Source of the DNA: Eledone cirrhosa
Lineage: Eukaryota
NCBI GenBank assembly: GCA_964016885.1
Contig: OZ024742.1
Location: 295,616,001 to 295,680,000, forward strand
Length of the DNA: 64,000 nt
Direction of reading: 5' to 3'
Shown: piece after piece, positions 13,661 through 26,689 of the stretch
How positions within the stretch are numbered: position 1 is the stretch's first letter
Layout of the letters: every line of letters begins with the position of its first letter
Translations under genes and position numbers: made by a program
The notes under the pieces: model-generated
What the model was told of the DNA's origin: nothing
The model's database searches: none
Seen by the model: the letters and a program-made list of their open reading frames with translations, nothing else

Positions 13661-15231
13661 TATATATATGTATGTAAAAGGTAAACAGAAATAACAACAC
13701 AATCGGTACAGAATATGGAAGGTATATATTAGGTTAACGCTTGATATAGCAGAGAGAGAGAGAGAGTAAATCCATGGAATAAATTATTTGGAGTAAAAAG
13801 AGTTATTCTTTTGTCAGATAAATTTTGGTTGGATGAACAGATGTAATTGCTAATGAATGTGAATTACTCTAACGAATTTGTTACAAATAAAGATTTATGA
13901 TAGGAGATAATCATGTAAATGTAAATGGGGGATTTGCAGAATTGTCAGAACATTTGATGCCTTGTATTCTGAGTTCATATACCACCATGGCCTACTAGGG
14001 TGGTAAACTTAACCTATCATCCTGTTTAACACCCCCACATGACCCTTTAACACTTTCATTACCATATTAATCATGAAATATACTGCTTCAGTTAATTTTG
14101 GAAACAATAGAAAATTTTGAGATTTTAGTGAAATAACTTTATCAAGTTGGTTTGTAGAATGCAACACATCAGAAAGTTCTTAGATAACACTTTAAAATGG
14201 AGAGTTTTGTGTCCCAGAATCAATGCAGGACTTACCTATAAGCTAAATAAGCTATAGCTTTAGGGCCACACACTTTCAAGGTCCTCATTTTAAAAAGTAT
14301 ATTTATTTATCATTACTTTTTATTCTTTAACACTAGATTATAAAAAAAATATATACAAATATATTATTTAATTTTGTACTCATTAATAACCATATACAGA
14401 AGACCTTCCTTCCCATGGCCACATATAGTATGCACCACCCTCATCTCCTCCCCACCCCACTCTTCCATACACCTACCATAATGACAGGCTGAAGATACAT
14501 AGAACCGGGGCCAGTTTCATGTGTGTTGGTATCAAAAGGGTTAACACAATCTCCTCTATTGCAAGCATTCAGACCAGATCTTTGGTTTTAGGAAAAGTTT
14601 TATTCTCCTCTTCCACTGGTCTTCAGTCATCAGTATTGCCCCTTCTTTCTTATTAGACTAAATAGTAAGAAAATAGTAAGAAAAACAAAACACAAACAGC
14701 ATAGAAAATAATAAAAGTATAATAACAAAAAATATGCATATCTAACCCATTCATTGAGCTCATGAATTTTCGTAATCATAGTCTAAGTGACATGTGAACC
14801 TCTCATTTATTATATTAAAGTGCTAACAATCGATTATGTGTGGTGTAAAAAATCTGTCACACTGTGGAAAGGGGATGGTAAGAGTGTGTGTGTGTGCAAT
14901 AGAGCAAGAGAAAGTAAATAGTGGAGGTAGCAGCAGCAAACAACAAAATATTTTTTGTTTTTTAATTTCACATCACTATGGATATGGGATGGTAAGAATG
15001 TATGTGAGTGTCAGTTAGAGGGAGAGAACTAAAAGACAAATTACTTTTTAAAACTTCGCTCATATTGCGGAAAGGGTATGTAAGAGTATGTGTGTGAGAG
15101 GGAGAAAGAGACTGGTGGCGTTGACATGCTCTTTTTTTTTTTAATCTTCATTGTATGAAAAATATTGTTTATCGTCGAATTATAAATGAGTAAAATATTC
15201 CATTTTGAAAGTTTCAGTCATTTGTTTATAG

Positions 15232-15390
15232 GCGAGCTAGAATAGCTCTTCCAGCACGTCTCCTTCATCATCATCTTGGGAAATGCCTTCCCTAGTCTGT
15301 CTGCCAGTGTCGCGGGGCGGCCAGCGCATGGATGTCCATTTGCTCATAATATTGAGAGATGGGGAAAATGGGAGAGACAGAGGCAATAGC
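15232..15390 (+). mobile_element. CRE-like 3' terminal remnant
   Basis: Nucleotide match to 53635-53790 (gctcttcca..gaaatgccttc..atttgct.ataata.tgagagatggg). Confidence 0.6.
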
Positions 15391-15905
15391 AGTTTTTACA
15401 TTTGGCACAAGGCCAGCAATTATCCCAGTGCATCACTATTACTTTATTTTATTGACCCCGTAAAGATGAAAGGCAAAGTTAACCTCGGGGGATTTGAACT
15501 CAGAACACAAAGGGCCATAACTCTATGCTGCAAAGCATGGTGTCTGATGCTCTACAGATACTGCTAAACCACCGCCAAACCACAGAGGCAATAACAGTGG
15601 GAGTTTGGTTCCTTTGTGTTCAGACTTGATGTATATGTATATATTTATTTACCACACTTACACGCACACATATACATATGTATATATCTATATATATACA
15701 TATCAGGAAATGACAAAGGACCGGGACGAATGGAGAGATGCTGTGCTGAAAAGGACCCGTCCCACCCTTGCAGGAAAAGTGGATGTATGATGATGATGAT
15801 GATGATGATGATGATAGTATATATCAGGATGGATTCAGTTTGAAACTGGTTAGACCATTGCTCAACAGAGTACTCAATACTTGAGGCAGTAGAGTATGGT
15901 TATAT

Positions 15906-16022
15906 TATAAAGAGTTGGCACCTAACAGCTGAGCTCTGACTGTTTCAACAGCTAGTTCCAGATGTCTGGAACTAGCTGTTGAAATGGCAAGAGCTCAGCT
16001 GTCAGTTCTCGATTCTTTATAT
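15906..16022. repeat. ~115-bp palindrome with a perfect 20-bp central stem
   Basis: TTTCAACAGCTAGTTCCAGA-TG-TCTGGAACTAGCTGTTGAAA, with outer arms ACAGCTGAGCTCT/AGAGCTCAGCTGT. Confidence 0.9.
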
Positions 16023-17923
16023 GTATACATATGTGTGTGAAACTTATGAATAAAACACTTAAAATGCTAGATTGATCTTTAACTTTTTTGTTTCTAATTA
16101 GACCATGGAATTTCCACAGGGTTAGCTAGTGGATATGAATATAAATATATTTCAGTTTGCTGGATCAGAGTGAACCCAAGATTAAATAACAGTATATAGA
16201 TCAATTTGGAAGGAAGAAGTTTATGAGCAAATTACTAATATATTTATATAAAACAACATTTTATTCATAACTAATTCCTCTTTATTAGCTTCACAATAAC
16301 TCAGCAGATTTTAATGCAAAGTCTCTGTTTTCACTACTCTGCAAGTTGCATTAATTCTATCTGGTCTTTAATATAGAGTCAGTGTCAGGTCTATTTAAAG
16401 ACTAAATAAATGTTTTAAATATGAATTCATGTACAATATATCTTGACAAGTGTGTATTTGTTCCTGCTCTTCTTTAATACATTTCAACTATGTCTCCTAC
16501 CTATGCTACAATGCTGTACAATGTTTGAATGAGAAACATCTGAAAATTAATGTTTTTTATGATCATATGACATCAAATATACTGAAAAAAATATAAGTTT
16601 AATACATATAAAATATATTTACATATCCTTCAACACTGATCAACAGTTTCTACAATTTGTTTTTAACTGTTAAAGATAAACAACAACAAAACGATTGACA
16701 TATTTTCCATTAACCTTTTAAATGCTATCTTGAGTGATTTTGTAATACAACTAATATTCTAATCATTAAGCTAGTGTTTGGAATATAACTTAACAAAGGT
16801 TCTTACATAAAATCATGATGGAAGACTTTTAGAGGAATATAAAGACCTTGAACTAAACAATTTAGGCAGTTTAATAAAGCACATCTAAAAATTATGGAAA
16901 GAAGATTTAGCACTGATTTCTATTTACTGAGAAAGTAAAATGGAAATATTTTATCATTATGAATAATATCTAAAGTTACACATTTTAAAGTGTTCAAATT
17001 TAAAACTTAAAACTTCCAAGATGGTTTTATATAAGAATCATATGTTAAGTTACTATCTTAGTAATGAAATGATTAATAACTTTAGTAAATCTCTCCACAT
17101 TCTTAATCGATTAATTGAAATAGAGTGTCTTTCATTAGAAATACAGCCACTAAAGGGTTAAACCTGGTGATAGATTAAATCAGAACTCCAAATCTCATGA
17201 TTCTGTTCTTAGATAACTGCTATCAGAACATAGTTTTTGCTGGTCATTCGTTTTCATAGAATTTAGTGATTGTCACCATCATTTAATACCTTCTGTATCA
17301 AATAGTTCTTTAAAATATATATCATAAAATTTCCTTTGCTTCTCTCAAATTGTCTGAAAACTTTTAAGTAGCACTGTAGTGTATAAAATGATTTATTACC
17401 ATCTTTCTTTTAATATAAATAAACTAGAGAATGGTTTTTGAGTAGAGGAAATGTGTTCTATTTTACAACCGAGTTATATAACACCTATGTCAAACACATA
17501 TTTTAACTATTGCCAATAAATTTAGTTTTAGTACTGGAGTATATTTCAAAAATGTTGGTATAATTCTTTTACATTTATTGACAAAGAAAAATATCTGTAA
17601 AAATAAGAAAGCAATAATAATATCAAATGGATTTTCTTACTACTCAAAAGAAATGTAATGTTCGAAATAAGCAGGCTTGGTATTTCTATTAGTATTTAAG
17701 ACAGTGCACTATTAACTAAATCAGTTTGTTATAAACATTTCCTCTGTCTATGGACACAGGCAAGGCTGAGTGGTTAGGAAGTTCACCTTGAATCATGAGG
17801 TTACAGGTTTAAATTTACTGTAGAGAATCTTGGGCAAGTGTATTTATTTCAGTCTTGGGTCAACTGAAGCTTTGTGAATGAAAATGGCTCAATGGAAACT
17901 ATGGGGAAGCCTGCTGGATGGAT

Positions 17924-18510
17924 TGTGCCTGTGAATAACAGGGCTAACACTGTTACATCTTGTATCACATTGACTCAGCTTGGTATTTATGGTACGTGTG
18001 CCTGTGAATAACAGGGCTAACACTGTTACATCTTGTATCACATTGACTCAGCTTGGTATTTATGGTACGTGTGCCTGTGAATAACAGGGCTAACACTGTT
18101 ACATCTAGTATCACATTGACTCAGCTTGGTATTTATGGTACGTGTGCCTGTGAATAACAGGGCTAACACTGTTACATCTTGTATCACATTGACTCAGCTT
18201 GGTATTTATGGTACGTGTGCCTGTGAATAACAGGGCTAACACTGTTACATCTAGTATCACATTGACTCAGCTTGGTATTTATGGTACGTGTGCCTGTGAA
18301 TAACAGGGCTAACACTGTTACATCTTGTATCACATTGACTCAGCTTGGTATTTATGGTACGTGTGCCTGTGAATAACAGGGCTAACACTGTTACATCTTG
18401 TATCATGTTGACCCAGCTTGGTATTTATGTTACATGTGCCAGTGAGTCAAAGGCTAACACTATTAGATCTTGTATCATGTTGATTCAGTTTGGGATTTAT
18501 GTTATGGGCA
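17924..18510 (+). repeat. Minisatellite: 8 units of 73 bp inside a SINE-related element
   Basis: TGTGCC starts at 17924, 17997, 18070, 18143, 18216, 18289, 18362 and 18435. Units 1-6 are near-identical; the last is diverged. Confidence 0.95.
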
Positions 18511-20420
18511 CATTTCTCTGTAAAATATGCAGCAATTTATAGGATTATTTGATGTTATTAATATGCCAGATGCTCAATCAATCAAACAATTGTCGAAATG
18601 GACAGAAAAATACATCATCATCATCATCTCTGTGGTAAAATATGTTTGCAAATTTAGCTTTGCCAAGAGTAGATAATATTAGATTTTTTTATGGATTGTA
18701 CCTGCTATTTAACATCCAGCCTTATCAAATATTGTGTCCCTTTGATTCAGCTTGAGAATTATGTTCAAGGTACACGTGAGTGTGGAGTATTTAATTACTT
18801 ACATGTTAATTCATGAGTTGATGTTCAATTGATCAAACAACTGAGTGCTCATCATCAAGACAGATGGAGAATCCATCACCACCATTTCGTCTGTGGCAAA
18901 ATATTGATATTTTCATCATTTTTATCCTTCTATGTATATATCTCTCACAATCAATTACTAATGAAACATTCCTGTAGTTCAATTAAAGCTACAGATGTTT
19001 ACAAACTGTCCGTCTGTCACATTCAGCTTTCTATAAAAAGTAGTTTACCATTAGTCATGGTAGATCTGCCATTGATTACCCATCAATTCTTGGGTGATAG
19101 ACTCTTTTTATATTTTTATTCAATCAGAACTGTTTGGCAATCAAAACTATACAGACATGTAATACTATCTGACAGTTATTCCATTTATTTTCTCTGATTC
19201 CTTCTTACTTGTGGAACGATAGTTAACCAAACTTGACGTTTCTTTTTACTCCAAATAATTTATTCCATGGATAGAACTAAGAACTATAAAGTTTTCAACT
19301 CAACGATTAATAGAAAGAAGAGTGAACTAGTGCCCATATAACACTCCTTAAATGAATTAAATATATCTCCAAGTATCTACAAACATAACCTTTCACTTTT
19401 AATAAACTCCAGATATTTCATTTAAGTCTTAATGTTCTGAACCACATAAAACCTTATCTATAAACAATCTTGAAAACTACAAAAAAGAAAAACAAAAAGA
19501 AAATTAAGCAATAAAATTAAGTCTTTACTCTAATACTGCAAATTTTCACAATAATTTGTCTGATAGTAAAGATACTATAAACATTTGAATTAAAAAAGCC
19601 TATTTTTAAATATATTTTTCTAAATCATTATGGGAGTTAAGAGAAAATGAATAAATTTATTTGTAGATATAATACAGAAGATATCAAGTAAATCCAATAT
19701 ATTTTTTAATAGAACTTCCTCAACTGGATCACTAGGAATGATATTTAAGTTAATGTTTCTTTTTTTACTGTTTAATCATGAAAGAAAGAGCAGTACATCA
19801 CCCCTTTTCAGGGTTACCAAGACTAGGATATGTTCATATCCATGCTAGTTTCCCATCATATCCTTTATACTATGATTATGAACATCTAAGAGTTTGATGA
19901 ATGGACTATGTAAGCATATTTGTTTTTATCATACTTTTCTTATATCTCATTTTTGTTTCGTACTATTTAGGAAAGAAGGAAGGGAGGAAGGAAGGGAGGA
20001 AGGAAAGGCAACACATATGACACTTCACTTTCAATGCCTCTGAGACTGGTGGAAGGGATACAGGAAGGTATTCTCAAACAGGAGACCTGACCTAATTACA
20101 TGTAAAAGAGTGGACTATGTTAAAGTTACCCAAGTTGTCATGGTGTTAAAATAGGTAAAGGATTAAGTCAACTATGGAAAGTAGTCAGAACAAATAACAG
20201 AAGGCATCATGTCCAATCCTGTCAATTCACTGCCTTGGATTGGTATTTTATTTCACTGATACTGAAAGCATGAAAGGTTAAGTGGCCAAATGGGAGCATG
20301 TTGTCCTATATACTAACAATTCTGCCAACTCACCAGTTGTATGCTTGCAAACACACACAAACACATATAGTGGGAAATTATTAACTAAAGTTAATGTAAA
20401 TTTATTTAAAAAATACTTAC

Positions 20421-20464
20421 AATGGTAGATTATGGCTCCCTTGTGGCCTGATGAGCTAACATAC
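20421..20464 (-). other. Candidate 44-nt spliced exon
   Basis: Minus strand TCTATCTTCCTTTATTGCAG|...|GTAAGTA, with one open frame (YVSSSGHKGAIIYH). Confidence 0.4.
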
Positions 20465-20481
20465 CTGCAATAAAGGAAGAT

Positions 20482-20775
20482 AGAGTTTAGTGTAGTTAAA
20501 TAGAGTTCAATAGTTCAATATAGTTGAATAGTTTAGTATTGTTCAACACACATCAGTATAGTTAGTTCAATGTAGCTCTGTATAGTTCAATACAGTTCAG
20601 TATAATTCAATATTTCAATGCAGTTCAATACATATCAATATAGTTCAGTATTACTCAGAATAGTTTAATATAGTTCAGTAGAGTTCAGTATATTTTAATA
20701 TAGTTCAATACAGTTCAGTATAGTTCAATACAGTTCAATATAATTCAGTATAGTTTAGTATGGTTTAGTATAGAA
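20482..20775 (+). repeat. 10-bp minisatellite (TAGTTCAATA)n, degenerate
   Basis: Repeated tagttcaata / cagttcagta with a 10-nt period. Confidence 0.9.
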
Positions 20776-21487
20776 CAATGTCGTGGGTTGGGCTGTGTTC
20801 TTGGTCACTTCACACCACGAAACTGGGATAAGCACCAGCTTAATGAGCTTTGTGGCTTGAGACAGACTTTAGCAAGGGATGGATCAACACAGATCAAGTT
20901 AGTACTTAATTGGAGCTACTAACCTCTCATATACATTCCTACACTCTACAGAGTATACAGGATGCATTTTATCATGGCACCAGCACCAAGAAGGTGTTTG
21001 ACATAACTGAAGGGTTCTCATACATCAGGATTGGGGAGGTTGTTGTATGCTCAACCAAATTAAAGAGTCCTCTCTGCCTTATGCTGTCTCTGATTGCCAA
21101 GCAGTTTGCAGAGTGTACTGGGTGTATTTTATCATGGCATCAGCATTGGGGAGGCTGTCATGTTCTTGATTTAAGAAATAAAACACAAACTATCTAACCT
21201 AAAGAAATTAGCAAAAACCTTGCATAAACAAAGGTAGCAACAACAGCAGCAGCAGCAGCAGCAGTATTTAATTAAAGGTGAGGCAATATGGAAAAGAGAG
21301 AACAAGAACAAAACAATAGACTTGTACTTGTGTGTGAAGAATAGGGATAACAATGGAAGCTGGTATTGATGGCTAGAAGGATCATTTCAGAGATATATTC
21401 TTTGAATTAGAGAGAAGAAAAAATTAGCAAAGAGCAGAATAATTATTTCCTAGAAACTAAATAAAGAAAGATTTCAAGTTATTGCTT

Positions 21488-21885
21488 TGACACCACCACC
21501 ACCACCATCATAATCACCCCCACAACCACCATCATAATTACCACCACCATCTCCAACACCATCAAATTCCCTACCAATATCCCCACCACCAACATCATCA
21601 TAATCACCAACACCATCATCATCCCTACCATTATCCCCCACCACCACTAACAGCATGCTCATATCACCACTACCACCATCATCCCCACTATCATCATTCT
21701 CACCACCAACACCAGTATCATCCCCCTCCATCAACATCACCCCCACCACTATTATCATTCTCACCACCACCACCACCATCATCATCCCTATCACTACCAC
21801 TATCAGCAACATCCTCACATCACCCCTACCACCATCACTATCCTCATTCTAACCATACACCACCACCACCACCACAACAACCATC
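21488..21885. repeat. (CAC/CAT)n low-complexity tract
   Basis: Read directly; similar tracts at 9686-9897 and 10400-10512. Confidence 0.9.
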
Positions 21886-22602
21886 CTCTGTCATGGTGTT
21901 GCTGCTGCTGTTGTTACTGTTTCACAAAGTTTACAACCAGAAGCCATCTTCACTAAATCATTGTTAATAAGCTAATTAAATAAGAGTCAATAAGAAGAGG
22001 AGGTGGTGATGTTGGTGGCGGTAGTATGGAGGAGGAGGTATATCTTCAACATGAAAGGAAAGTAAGGTGAGGGGTGTGTAGGTAAACTATACAGGTAAAC
22101 TAGAATACAACATTGAACAGTTGAAACTCAATTATTAAGAGAAAGAATGACAAAAAATGAACTAAGAATGAACTAAGAAAGAAAAAAACTTAAATAGGTT
22201 CAAAAAGCCAATATCAGGGGGTGGGGGTCGTAATTATATCCCTATGGCAACACCTTTATTTATTGATTTTTTCTTATCTAAGGAACCAAAATAGACAAAC
22301 CCTATCAAAATTATTAGTCTTAGTCAACATTTACTCATAAGAAATGCTTGGTACTCTATATATGGTAATTACCAGCATCATCTTTAAATGGTAAAGAATT
22401 AATATTTATTATCAACAAATGGAATAGAATTTAGGGTGTAAATACAATTGATATAACTGAATCTATGGAAGTTCCATGATTTAATTAGAAACAAGCATCA
22501 AATAAATATGACATTTTAAATGTTCTCTCTATCTCTCTATAAGGATTGTATATATATGTGAATATGATAAAAAAAAGTATATATAAACCCATAGAGCAAA
22601 TA

Positions 22603-22964
22603 TCTCTATACTACTGAAACTCTGTGATTGTGTGCTTGTCTGTAATTTAATACAGTCAAAACGGTGCATTATAGGAAAATACTTTGAAAGGAAGTTGCCC
22701 CTGAAATGGGAATACAAATGGAATAAAAAAAAGTTTCACGTAAAGCGGAGCATGGGTTCCTGAGATATGGGGTTTTTCCGGGTACCTTCATAAATATTGA
22801 GAGAGAAAGAGACAGTGGTTGTGAGACAGTAGATTGAAAATTTCATTTTACATTATGTATATGTCTGTATACATTTTAATTATTTAAAAACTATTTTTAA
22901 GTGAACACGATTTAAAAAAAATATTTTCAAGCGAAGGTGACCCGACGGGTCATGGGTGGTCTAG
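22603..22964 (+). mobile_element. Non-autonomous Helitron (different family)
   Basis: A|TC start; hairpin TGACCCG-A-CGGGTCA (22938-22952) ends 8 nt before CTAG|T. The 5' end is less certain. Confidence 0.6.
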
Positions 22965-23073
22965 TTTATTACAAGTACAGATTAAAGTTTAAGCAAAGAA
23001 TCGCTGCTTTCACTCTATTATGGAATCTTCTGAAACTCAGAATATATATATATATATATATGGTAGATTTATC

Positions 23074-23104
<31 letters not shown>

Positions 23105-23107
<3 letters not shown>

Positions 23108-23338
23108 CCAAGATGGATGACTGAATATGTACACGTTTTTTTCTTCACATTCCTTTTATCATTTTTTCCGCCGTTCCATCCTCTCTTCACTTTCTGTTTA
23201 TCTTCTATTTCTAATAATCTTCTGATGAAGAATTAGTGTCCAAAGCGTTAATACTCTCTTCCTGCTATTTCAAGCATTAAGCTAATATATTTGTTCCATG
23301 TACTGTGCTGTTTGTTTTGTTATTTCTGTTTACCTTAT
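23105..23338 (+). mobile_element. (TA)n-embedded short element with a degenerate hammerhead (Penelope pLTR/retrozyme-like)
   Basis: TA tracts on both sides; CTGATGAAG..TAGTGTCCAAAGCGTTA at 23222-23250. Homologues at 36445-36676(-), 12985-13165(-), 10950-11045(-), 13680-13765(-) and 56165-56247(+). Confidence 0.55.
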
Positions 23339-23421
23339 ATATATATATATATACCACCAACATAGCCTTCCTAATATTTGGTGAAGAAATCGAATATTAC
23401 TTAACTTGTTCATATGAAGTA

Positions 23422-23651
23422 CAGGGTGAACATAAAGTCTTTCTCTGGTTATAAAATACCATATCTCTGATACTATTCAATATTTCACTTTTTCGTTGTT
23501 TTAATTTATAAATTTCAAGTTTAAAGTTCTTCTGAACATGTTTTACATTTTCTCTTCTACATGAAGTAGTAGGAATTTTCAGTAACAAAATGACATCTAT
23601 GAAATAAAAAGCTCTGTGTTTTGTGGTTTCAAAGACTTTATGCTCACCATG
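23422..23651. mobile_element. Tc1/mariner-like MITE
   Basis: TA|CAGGGTGAACATAAAGTCTT ... AAGACTTTATGCTCACCATG|TA: 20-bp TIR with 2 mismatches and TA flanks. Confidence 0.8.
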
Positions 23652-23998
23652 TATATGTAAATGTGTAACATCTGAAAGAGTATTTTCCATATTTGCCTTC
23701 TATACATGTTATGTACTAGTACTATAATGAATAACAGAAAACTAATTTACAAAGGAAACAAATAAATAAAAAGCAGTCACTATAACAAGGAATGTTAATG
23801 TTACCCTCTAAAGACTTTTGAAGTAATCCAAGACACTCACAGCCTAACTGTGGTTGATAGTAAGGATTAAGCACTGAAATAACCAATCTAATAATGTCTT
23901 AGTCTTTTATTATAATTACATTTATCCCTACATGTCATAAGAGGCAATTAAATGTGATGGAGTCAAGATGGGTATTACAATATGGAACAATCCTTTAA

Positions 23999-24204
23999 CC
24001 CAGCTGTATCCGGCCAGAAATCTCTCACCTCTTTCTGTTCAAACTGGCCATAACTGTCCATTCATACCAATATTAAGGTATTGTTCTCAAAATAAATAAC
24101 ATCAAAATGTCATAGATTCAATATTATGTGAGATAATTATGTAAGATAAAGCCTTTACCATGAAAATACCATAGTATATATAGAGTAATGTAAATACTAA
24201 AGGG
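23999..24204 (+). mobile_element. piggyBac-like MITE family 1, left TIR partly deleted
   Basis: TTAA|CCC then the family 1 body, ending TAAAGGG|TTAA. Confidence 0.8.
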
Positions 24205-24865
24205 TTAAATATTCCTGTCCAGATCATATCTGCATGGAAAAATGGATGAAAATATGTTGATAGTAATGATAGTGATAATTTATTGCAATAATAAATCACC
24301 TCAGTACTTGACCGATATTTCATTCTATCAATTCTAGCAGGATGAAAGGTGAAGTTGTCCTAGGCTTGATTTGAACTCAGAATGTAAAGAGTTGTAACTA
24401 AATACCACAACAATTTTGTCTAATCTGTCCAATCTTCTAATAATTCAGCTAATCCACTGATTAGAAATAGTGACAATAAAATAAACACAGCGATAATCAC
24501 TTGAAATGTCACAAGAAAATGTGAGACAAAAGAAGTTAGAGAAATTATATTTATATTTATATTTTTAACTGTTGGTCAATCAATGATAAACATAGAAATA
24601 TGAAAAAAAAAAGAAGAAAACACTGAAACTGAAGTGAAAACCAAACCAAAAAGTGAGTGTGTTTTACTATCTTTGGTAATATTAGAACAACATGACCCTC
24701 CCCCAAATATAAAAAAATACTATTTTACAAAGCTTCATTAGGTTTTCTTGTTAGAAAATTACAACAAATGTTACAATTTGAAATATTTTACAAGTGTTTG
24801 AAACAAATAGTGAAATATTAAGTATTTAGTATCTCCCAAGGCATACATGTTTAGGTGGTTTTTAA

Positions 24866-25098
24866 TCCCTTCATTATCATATTTCTAATGAAAGACACAG
24901 TCAATAATTTGAAAATCCTTTCGAAAATAATGAAGAATTTGGAGGGATTTAGTAATATAACTAACTTTCTCATTATGTAGCTGGTATTTGAAAACATAAA
25001 ATTATGATGAAATGTTTTTTGATAAATATAAACACTAAAAAAAGAAAACAATTGTGTAGCTTAAAATGGGTGGTTCAGGCAATTTGGAATGAAAAGGG
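24866..25098 (+). mobile_element. piggyBac-like MITE family 2
   Basis: TTAA|TCCCTTCATTATC ... GGAATGAAAAGGG|TTAA. Confidence 0.7.
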
Positions 25099-25504
25099 TT
25101 AAATTAAATTTTACTTCTCATCAAAAAGGGTTCAATTTTAAGCTTTTCTAACAGATTATTAACACTTATGTTACCATATTGATAATGAAAAACACTGCTT
25201 ACAGTTTTCAAATAAATTGAAATTAATTAAGAATTTGAAGGAATTTAGTAATATAACTTTCTTATTATGTTTGGAACATAATTTAATGAAAGTTTTTTTT
25301 AAATAAAATGATGATAGAAGGGTTTTAGACACACAAGCATATATATATATATATATAGTGGTAGAACACTTGAAGGTAATATCCGTAGTGGTAGAGCACT
25401 CAGTCCATGGGACGAGTTAGGTAGAAGTGGTTACACAATAGTTAGTTTCTGGCATGCGCGTTCGTACGGTTGTCCTTCCTCTTCCATATAACCATGTCCA
25501 TTAT

Positions 25505-25548
25505 GAGCTGAAGATCCACTAAGGTGAAACAATTGTTCTCGGTATGGT
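25505..25548 (+). ncRNA. Putative type I hammerhead ribozyme motif
   Basis: GAG-CTGAAGA-T-CCACTAAGG-T-GAAAC-AATT-GT-T-CTC. Stem I GAG/CTC is extended by ACCAT (25491-25495)/ATGGT; stem III is the palindrome ACAATTGT. Confidence 0.55.
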
Positions 25549-25678
25549 GAACTAACTGTTATATATATATATATATATATATATACTTACACATACACAC
25601 AAACTACTGACCAAATAATGTTTGGTACCAATGGGTTAAAGACATCTGTCAAATCAATTAGTAGTGAAGGTGGTGTAA

Positions 25679-25723
<45 letters not shown>

Positions 25724-25789
25724 GAAGGTCACAGATCCTTTGGCCGACTCAAAACATCTGACTGATAAAATGACAAGTCAGTTAATCAT

Positions 25790-26215
25790 ATTGGTGTCCT
25801 CCCCACAGCCCCGGTGGACAGAATAGAGAAGGCTTTTCCCCGGAGGATGGTAAGGGAGATGCGCTGGATTCTTGTGGGGCTCACACCTGCGGCTGGCCAG
25901 CTCAGCGCCTATGGTGGTGAGTAGAGAGCTAGCCCTAGGGCTGAGGACACCAGAAGTTTCCACTGCCAAGGGTACAACCACAAACCTGTCGGAGAGTGAC
26001 TGATATTTGAAGAGTTCGGCCTCCTTAGCCCGACATGCAGCAGAACCTGGGTTAGTCACAGACTGCACCAGGTTGCAGCTTGAGAAAGTGTCGGTGCAAG
26101 TGGCATCCCAGACGAGGGGCTTGCCACCGCGGAACTGGAAGATGGTCATGCCATCTGCCCTTTTGCTGTTTACTCGGTCTACCCCACTGGCTCAAGCTGG
26201 GAAGGGAAGCCTGCA
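25790..26215 (-). mobile_element. CRE-like non-LTR retrotransposon fragment, restriction-like endonuclease (RLE) domain
   Basis: KRADGMT..GKPLVWDATCTDT..PGSAA..KY..VPLAVETSG matches the RPDG/WD/KY/ETxG pattern of CRE-type RLE domains. It is a GC-rich island in AT-rich DNA. Confidence 0.8.
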
Positions 26216-26689
26216 GCATCCAAGCCATAGAAGCAATGCCAAATATGAAAAAGTGTCTAGATGTGCTTCTTCAATAAATGAAATCTTGGATCATAAAATC
26301 CTGTCCAGCCCATGCCAACATGAAAAGTGGATGTAAAATGATGATAATGATACACTCTAGAAAATAAACAGCTTTGTACAGTAGAATCCGAGGCAGCCAG
26401 GTATCAAAAATAGTTAAATTAAGTTATACTTCTTCACAAATTGTAAGATTTTCTCACAGATTATTAAAGATTGTAGTTCATTACTTTTGATTGTAGCTAA
26501 AACAGAGAAATTAATAAAAGTGAAGTGCAAACCCTCGATGATTAATCACTGAGTTGTCTTCATTTGGAGATAGGAAAGAAAGAAAGGAAGTTTCTTTAAA
26601 GTACAATGTCAAGTCTATCAACAAGTGTTTAAGTAGGAGTTTAACTCCTCTCATTACTGACATTGAAAGATTAAATATACAAACTGAGA

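Noticed and set aside
17924-18510. CRISPR-like regular array
   Set aside because: Whole 73-bp units repeat with no unique spacers, there are no cas genes, and the context is eukaryotic.
20447-20480. CTGATGAG as a hammerhead core
   Set aside because: No GAAA or stem III follows; it overlaps the candidate exon.
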